This document shows, one piece after another, positions 55,715-64,000 of a stretch of 64,000 nt of DNA. The notes under the pieces are model-generated. The model was not told where the DNA came from. It made no database searches and worked only from the letters and a program-made list of their open reading frames with translations. The position numbers and the translations under genes are program-made. This DNA is from Octopus vulgaris (lineage: Eukaryota). The stretch is taken from positions 39,618,001-39,682,000 of the forward strand of contig OX597823.1 of NCBI GenBank assembly GCA_951406725.2, given 5' to 3'. Every line of letters begins with the position of its first letter. The first letter of the stretch is position 1.

Positions 55715-56000
55715 ACTCACCCGTCGTTAGACGACATATGAGGGCTCGACAATTTCTTGCCGAACAACCACACAAATGATTTGTTTATAGTGATCAAATG
55801 TTTGTGTACACATAAGCTCATTCGCTCCATTAAATCGACATTACTTGCACAGCTGCACCATGTGCCACATGACTGATGATGAAATGATCGCAGAGCAATG
55901 TGAAACTAAGTGCTTTGCTCAAGAGCATAACGCAACGCCCGATCGGGGAATTGAACCAACGATCTCGCAATCGTGAGTACAACACCCTAATCACTAAGCC
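55715..56000 (-). mobile_element. Old tRNA-derived SINE
   Basis: ggggaattgaaccaacgatctcgcaatcgtgagtacaacaccctaatcactaagcc is a reverse-complement tRNA head; CORE-like tgctttgctcaagagcataac. Confidence 0.7.
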
Positions 56001-56491
56001 ATACATATACACACGCACATACACATATTGACAGGCAGGCTAGCACTCACATACACAGACACAGATACACACGCACACCACTCTATCATTTATTCCTCCT
56101 CTCCTTTTTCTTCGTTTTCCTCGCTCCCCCTCTCTCACATTTCTTTAACTCCCACTATTTCCCACTCGTTTATCTCTCCTGTACCTTTCTCTTTGTCTCT
56201 GGCTTTTTTTCTAATACTTCAATCCCGCTGTCCCCTACCCATCTCTCCTTCCACATGACCGGTGTCCAGCCAGCCAGCCATAATCTTTCTTTCTTGGCAT
56301 GACTGCCGACCGTCCAACACCTCTTATGTCCATCTCCTATGTTCCTACCTTTAGGCTTTCACTTCATACACGCCAGCTCAATTTGATTCGTTCTCAATCG
56401 AATAACGCCTGTTGCTATTTCTTGTTGTTTGTATTCGTAATATATATACGTATAGATGTAAGTATGTACATATACGTATGTATATATGCAT

Positions 56492-56617
<126 letters not shown>

Positions 56618-56630
56618 CTATATATATATA

Positions 56631-57244
56631 AAAAATAAGAAAATGGAGAAATACAACTTAATCAATAATCTATGGGTATGTACCCACACTTGTATGGGTG
56701 TACCTCCTCTGATATTCATATTTAATTTAGTTTGTACTTCATAATCTCTGAAGAGGCCTTGGGATATTCTTGTAAGTGTTTCATTTATAACTACAAATTA
56801 ACCTATCGCACATGGCTAATATGAGCATAATGAGACACCCATATCTGCATGGCCGAAACAGCTGTAAGATGTAGTTTATATTTATATTTATATTTGTATT
56901 TATTTATATTCACTTATACATACTGTACTTATTGTATCATATTACTCATTGATGTACATTGTTTTGTTCTATATTATTATGTTTGACCTTAATGTTCATA
57001 TGTAGTGGTTTAATAAATTATGTGATTGGGTATTATCTGGTAGTTGATTATTGATTAAGTTGTATTTCTCCATTTTCTTATTTTGTATTATTAATTTGTG
57101 GTAAAACATTTTACCTTTGCCCATATAATACAGTAAATGAATTAATTGCATCGCAATTCTTAAAATTTATGTATTAACTTTGTTGGGTGCTTTACTAGCA
57201 GTATATTGGATATATGTTATCCCATGGAGGGTTGCACTCACAAC

Positions 57245-57248
<4 letters not shown>
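56631..57248 (+). mobile_element. Penelope-like pLTR/retrozyme unit with a short 5' inverted copy, inside (TA)n
   Basis: 56632-56670 is the reverse complement of about 57046-57084; contains a hammerhead; ends acccc-tata. Confidence 0.78.
56744..56870 (+). ncRNA. Type I hammerhead ribozyme with a 92-nt stem II insert; predicted cleavage after A56866
   Basis: atct-CTGAAGA-ggcc (56755-58)...ggcc (56851-54)-GAAAC-agct-GTA-agat. Confidence 0.75.
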
Positions 57249-57298
<50 letters not shown>

Positions 57299-57603
57299 GA
57301 ATAAAAACGCAATAGAGGGCATTAAAACATTCGGACAGTTAGAGGATACAAAGGCGGACAAGAGAAATGACAATTAGAAGGACAGGCAAAAAAAGACGGG
57401 TCTTCTTGGCTTTCTTTCAGTCAAGTCTCAGTTCGGGTAGTTACACTTGAGATGGTTCGATCTGGTTGCCCCCAAAAAAGTCTAAGCTAAGAGCATTAGA
57501 CCCCTTTGTAAGAAAGCTAGCGAATGTATACAGCAACAAAAACAAAAACCAAACAAACAGACAAAAAACGGAGAACATGGTACATGTGTATTTGTGTATT
57601 TGT

Positions 57604-57664
<61 letters not shown>

Positions 57665-58054
57665 TGTGTGTGTACGCATGTATGTTTATATTTAAAATTA
57701 TTTGAAATCAAATTAATAGTAGCTGTAGCTTTTTCGCATCATCTAAAGACCTGAATTGTGCAACTCGCAGCATATTCATGAAACGTAACCAATGTTTCTT
57801 CTAAAATATCTCGAAGTCAACTTGGTCGTGTCGGCGATATGTGAAGGACTTTTACAAGTTCTATATCTTTTACAAAATCATACAAAAGCATTCAAACTCT
57901 GGATATTAAGAGAAACGATACACCAATGACAGAATTTACTGGTGTTAATGCGTTGCTCAGCTCAACATTGCCTTAGCCATCTCGGCTAAAACAAACTTTC
58001 GAGCTATCTCTTTATATATGTGTGTGTGTGTGTGTGTGTGTATCTATCTATCTG

Positions 58055-58156
<102 letters not shown>

Positions 58157-58175
58157 CATATGTATATACATTTAC

Positions 58176-58232
<57 letters not shown>

Positions 58233-58236
<4 letters not shown>

Positions 58237-58627
58237 CATTGCCCAAATGATGTTGGCATCACCTTTAAGGTACATCCAAGGCTTGGGCCCCGTGCCATCC
58301 GCCCAAAACAAAAATCGCACTCTCATCTCATAACAACAATACGGCACAATTATTTCACTTCAATTGGCCCCGCTCTCTTTAACATTACACCAAAACACAT
58401 TAAAACAGAAACTGACCCTATAGGGTTCAAGAAGTCTTTGGACAGATTCCTTCAAGAAATCCCGGATAAACCCCCTACACCCGGATATGTCTCTGTAAAC
58501 AATAACTCTCTACTTGAGTGGGCCATAGTGCCCAAATTCTGACTTGAAAGACTTCACCAGGTGGTGCTATTAAGTTAGACATGGCCTGGGCGAATAATGG
58601 CCGAAACCTATCAAAGTATCAAAGTAA

Positions 58628-58630
<3 letters not shown>
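58233..58630 (+). mobile_element. 5'-truncated CR1-group LINE 3' end (open C-terminal frame plus tandem tail)
   Basis: [30 protein letters not shown]...[28 protein letters not shown]; tail tatcaaag-tatcaaag-taagta; flanked by (TA)n. Confidence 0.85.
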
Positions 58631-58670
<40 letters not shown>

Positions 58671-58734
58671 CACACATACACATATGTATATACATATATG
58701 TGTATTAATTTGAGGGTTGTTGGCATATGATACT

Positions 58735-59300
58735 TACATAGACTTAGGTGTTCCTGCATCGAGTGGTGCATGAAACAGTTAAAGCACTCAAGCAGGATCG
58801 GTCTGCAGCTATTCTCAATGCCATCGTAGGTTTACCGGCTGACGGTCTCTGTAAATTGTTTGACGCCTTTCATCATGGGATGTCCCTTGTACCGATGCTC
58901 CAGAGGGCTCCACTTAAGGATTTAGTTGGCACGTATGTTTGTCAGGAGTCTTATGACATGTCACAATCAACTCAGTCGGCACTTGCAGATGGAGATAGAC
59001 ACTTGGCTTGGTCTGCTCTTCTCCTGACAGACTCCTCGATGTTGATAAAGTTTCATTTGATGCCTAATATTTGCCTGACGTATTTGCTGTCAAAAGCGTC
59101 CAGTTTCTTTTCTTTGCCGATCTCTACAATAACTCTTCGTAATTTTTCTGTTCTGTCCCAAACAACTATGAGACTTCCAATGTTAGCATGCTGCAGAAAT
59201 ACTCATCTGAGAGCTCCATTAATATTTATCCATTAATATTCCTTGTGTTGTTACATACTTATTTTGTCAAGAACGGAAGCACTTTATTTATTCCAGGGTA
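58735..59300 (-). pseudogene. RTE-like LINE 3' remnant
   Basis: Minus-strand KKLDAFDSKYVRQILGIK..FINIEE resembles the RTE RT C-terminus. Confidence 0.6.
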
Positions 59301-59499
59301 GTCTTTCCTGCGGGTGGCATTGTATATTGTTTTAACAACAACATCCTGCTTCATTGGCAGTCAATACCTTAATGACTATCTTTAGGCAGCTGCTGGTCAC
59401 GTGCGTAATAGCTTACATAGAAGTGTGACATAATATGCTTCCGCGTGTTGGCGGTTTTAACAGCTAAGTATGTTTGTGTGTTTGTATATACGCACGTAC

Positions 59500-59530
<31 letters not shown>

Positions 59531-61204
59531 TGTATGTATGTATGTATGTATGTATTTATATATGTATTATGTATATATGTGTATGTATATATGCATGCAT
59601 ATATATATACGTTGTGTGTGTGCATGTATAAGTTCGTGTTTATGAATGTATACATGTATATACCTGTATACACGTTCGTGTATATGAATGTATACATGTA
59701 TACGTGTGTGTACGAATGAATTTATGCATTTATGTATGAATATTAGCACGTATGTTTGTATGTATGTATGTATGTATGTATGTATGTATGTACGTAAGTT
59801 TGTATGTATGTATGTAATTTTGTATGTATGCATGCATGTATGTATGTATGCATGTATGTATGTATGTATGTATGTATGTATGTATGTATGTATGTATGTA
59901 TATATGTTCGTATAAATAGTTTACCGCTTTTTGCTTTTTCATTTTGATTTCTTACCAATGGAGAAAGAACTATTTTCAAGTCTAGAAACAAGACTCTTTC
60001 ATTGGAATTTAAATATCAACAAGGATGTCTTGCATGCCTGTATATATATACACATAACTATATACATATACGCTCATGTACACGTGTACGCATATGCCCG
60101 TATATGTGCACACGCACATATGGGTTTGGCTTGGATGTCATTGCATATGTGGGTCGTATAACATCTTGAACTTCATGAATGTTTTAAATATTCAGATACG
60201 TAAATGTGAATGTATGCGTGCATATATATGTCGGTATGTAGATATATATGCGTATTCGTGCATGCACATATGTGTATGTGTATGTAAATATATATATATA
60301 TATGCCTTTGTATATGCATCTGTGTATGTGTATGTGTGTATATTATGTGTATGCATGTGTATACATGTATTTGTGTATGTATGCATGTATGTGCATTTGT
60401 ATGTGTGTATGCATATATGTATGTGTATAGTTATGTATGTATTTATGTGTGTGCATGTATATATAGTATATATGTGTGTATGCGCATCGAGTGATATTAG
60501 TAAATATTGTCCAGCATTCCGCCCTTTCTCCATTACTTTATATTCCTTTCTCCTAAATATATCTCTCTCGCACACACATTTACGGGAGAGAGAGAGTATG
60601 AGAGAAAGAAAGGAAAAGAAAGAAAGAAAGAAAGAAAGAAAGAGAGAAAGAGAGAGACCAGATGAAAACGAGAAAGAATGGAGCGACGTCTAACTGCCGG
60701 GTACATCGTTATTTGTGTCTAGCTCCTGTACCCAGCACTCAGCAGTACACTTCTTTTACCTCTTTTCTGACTTCATCAATCGTACGAACCGTCAGTATTT
60801 TATCTGTAATATCAGGGTGGTTGGGGTATACGTTATTGGTGTGGTAACGGAACGATATTAGTATAGCATGGTGCTGGTGAATTGAGCTTTGACTGAAATC
60901 GTTCGTTGCTTATCTCTTGGAGATTAAAAAAAAAAAAGAAAAAAAGAAAAAAAAAACCCTCCCTTCGTATCTGTTTTCTGGGTATCAGTTTTGATGTCGG
61001 GTAAATAAGGACATTAACACCCTATCGTCTGCCGCAAGAAATATTGAATGGAGCAGACAACTCCCGTTTGTATAATAATGAAAGTCGCCTGAGATAATGT
61101 CGATCAAAGTGATTACATCCCAGCATTCATCACCTCTCGTTCTTGTTGTTGTTGCTGTTGTAGTTTTTTTAGGCTCAAACATCTTATCTTCTTTCTCACA
61201 TTTA

Positions 61205-61560
61205 CATTTTACTTGTTTCAGTCACTGGGCTGCAGCCATGCTGGAGCTCCGCTTGAAGGGGTTTTTTTTTTTAGTCGAACAAATCAATCCCAGTAATAAG
61301 TTTTCACGTTTGGTAACTTATTCTATCCTTCTGTTTTGCCGAATCGCTAAGTTACAGTGACTTAAAGAAGCCAACTTCAGCTGTCAAGCGGTAGGGGAGG
61401 TACAAACAGAGAACGAACACCTACGCGCGCGCGCACAGACACATACAGTTTCTGCTTACCAAATTAACTCACACGGCATTGGTGGGGACGGGACTACAAA
61501 TGGAGACACTTGTTCAAGGTACCGTGCTGTGGGATTGAACCTGAAAGCACGTGGTTGCAA
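61205..61560 (-). mobile_element. SINE family B, diverged
   Basis: ttttacttgtttcagtcactgggctgcagccatgctggagc..gtgggattgaacctg. Confidence 0.75.
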
Positions 61561-61697
61561 AACTGCAATCCAATGACAAAGACAAGTATAAGATAAAAAA
61601 AATACATGATCAACGTATTGCTGAAAAAAAGGAATTCCAGTTTATTTTGAGACTATTACTAAAGCGAAGATGAAATCAATATTATTACTTGTATGAA

Positions 61698-62920
61698 GGC
61701 GGCGAGCTGGCAGAAACGTTAGTAAGCCGGGCGAAATGCGTAGCCGTATTTCGTCTGCCGTTACGTTCTGAGTTCAAATTCCGCCGAGGTCGACTTTGCC
61801 TTTCACACTTTCGGGGTCGATAAATTAAGTACCAGTTACGCACTGGGGTCGATGTAATCGACTTAATCCCTTTGTCTGTCCTTGTTTGTCCCCTCTATGT
61901 TTTGTTTGTCCCCTCTATGTTTAGCCCCTTGTGGGCAATAAAGAAATAAGAAATGTTAGCATGCCGGGCGAAATGCTTAGCGGTATTTCGTCTGCCGCTA
62001 CGTTCTGAGTTCAAATTCCGCCGAGGTCGACTTTGTCTTTCATCCTTTCGGGGTCGATTAAATAAGTACCAGTTACGCACTGGGGTCGATGTAATCGACT
62101 TAATCCCTTTGTCTGTCCTTGTTTGTCCCCTCTATGTTTAGCCCCTTGTGGGCAATAAAGAAATAAGAAATGTTAGCATGCCGGGCGAAATGCTTAGCGG
62201 TATTTCGTCTGCCGCTACGTTCTGAGTTCAAATTCCGCCGAGGTCGACTTTGTCTTTCATCCTTTCGGGGTCGATTAAATAAGTACCAGTTACGCACTGA
62301 GGTCGATATAACCGACTTAATCTGCTTGTCTTTTCTTTTTTTGTCCCATCTACCGCTACGTTCTGAGTTCAAATTCTGCCGAGGTCGACTTTGTCCTTCA
62401 TCCTTTCGGGATCGATAAATTAAGTACTAGATGTGTACTGGGATCGATCTAATCAACTGGCCCCCTTCCCCCAAAAATTTCGGGCCTTGTGCCTAGAGTA
62501 TAAAAGATTCTATCATTTTTAAGGCGGCGAGCTGGCAGAAACGTTAGCACGCCGGGCGAAATGCTTAGCGGTATTTCGTCTGCGTTACGTTGTGAGTTCA
62601 AATTCCGCCGAGGTCGACTTTGCCTTTCATCCTTTCGGGGTCGATAAATTAAGTACCAGTTACGCACTGGGGTCGATGTAATCGACTTAATACCTATGTC
62701 TGTCCTTGTTTGTCCCCTCTGTGTTTAGCCCCTTGTAGGTAATAAAAAAATAGGTATTTCGTCTATCTTTACGTTCAGCGTTCAAATTCTGCCGAGGTCG
62801 ACTTTGCCTTTCATCCTTTCTGGATCGATAAATTAAGTACCAGTTGAACACCATGGTCGATGCAATCGGCTTACCCACTCACCCAAAATTGTTGACCCTG
62901 TGAGAAATCTAGAAACCAAT
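61698..62920 (+). mobile_element. Head-to-tail array of about 6 SINE family A units
   Basis: Full unit at 61698; 5'-clipped units at 61951 and 62168 (217-bp period, near identical); further units at about 62350, 62523 and 62755. Confidence 0.92.
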
Positions 62921-64000
62921 ATTATTACGTGTATATATTCTGAGATAAAATATTGCGTTCGATTTCCCGCACATCTCTCTCCATTTTTGAAAGGGAACTA
63001 TGTTGAAAAATAAACCTCAATTGGTCGCATTCCATGAGATTATCTTGGTCAACCTATTAACTTTTCAGCTGACCCTCGTGTACCTACAAGCACTATTTTT
63101 TTAACTGTTTTAACAAGATAAGCATGTGTGTGTGTGTGTGTGTGTGTGTGTGATTTTACTGATATCGACTTCGAAGTTTCGCCAGGAGTTGGATAAACTG
63201 CTGGTGAAACTTTGAAGTCACCAACAATAAAATCACAAATAATATCTGACACTGCATACGTTGTAATGATTTTTTGACTGAGAGCAAATCTCTTCATAGA
63301 CATATTGTGTTAAAAAGACAATATATCGAAGTGAAGCGAACATCGTCAGAGCAGTGGCTCATGGAAACGACGTTAGACACGTTTCACCTTTTTCGGAGAG
63401 GGGGAGGCTTGTCAATAACTAGTACACATTTGACATGTGAGTGTGTGTATACATAAAGAATACACACATAAACACACATACACATATATATGCATACACA
63501 CACACACACACACACACCCTCATGCACACATATAAGGAGATGTGTCTGTATCTCCTCGAAAAATCATAGAGAAGCGAGGCAAGTGAAGATAAAGAGTAGC
63601 AGAAATCTCCAGATAAAGGACCAAAGATTTCAATCTCTGAATGAGATTGGATGAAAATTGCACTATTAGAAGCTATAAATTTTGGTTACGATTAAAATAA
63701 TAAATCGAAAATCTGGAGACTGGGCGAAGTTTGTAAAAGTCGTTTATTGGAGCAACCAACTTAAAATGTGGCTTTGGTGCTTCACTTTCTGTCTTTGAAC
63801 ACCATACATCTTTGCTTTCCTTTCGGTGTTGTTACTTTGCGACAGAGAAATGGAAAAGTTATAGTGGAAAATGATCACCTTCACTAATTCCACTAATGTC
63901 TTTTTTCTTTTTTTGTTTTAAGTATTTCTTACTTTTTAAAAAAATACATCATGATTTCACACATTCGGACAATGCTGATTCTTGAAATGATAGCAAGCAG

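Noticed and set aside
58233-58542. Clean ~100-codon frame as a possible host exon
   Set aside because: Matches a CR1-group ORF2 C-terminus and is followed by a LINE-type tandem tail.
61698-62920. CRISPR-like repeat array
   Set aside because: Units are >200-bp SINE copies without unique spacers; eukaryotic context and no cas genes.

Overview
AT-rich, microsatellite-saturated eukaryotic DNA. The tRNA-derived SINE families and the density of (TA)n/(CA)n/(TATC)n/(TATG)n repeats point to an octopus-like cephalopod genome (inference, not database-checked). I found no credible host protein-coding exon: almost all listed ORFs are translated microsatellites or transposon debris. The window holds many SINE copies, LINE remnants (CR1-like, RTE-like, R4/Dong-like, Penelope-like RT), Tc1/mariner, hAT, Chapaev3-like and Helitron-type elements. 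The most striking hidden signal is a set of short non-coding elements embedded in (TA)n tracts that carry type I hammerhead ribozyme cores (CUGAnGA...GAAAC-palindromic tetraloop-GUH) with unusually long stem II inserts. They occur as inverted and tandem copies; the best example is 8361-9607, with a 534-bp period. They look like Penelope-like pseudo-LTRs or retrozymes, and several inversion breakpoints fall right on the ribozyme core.
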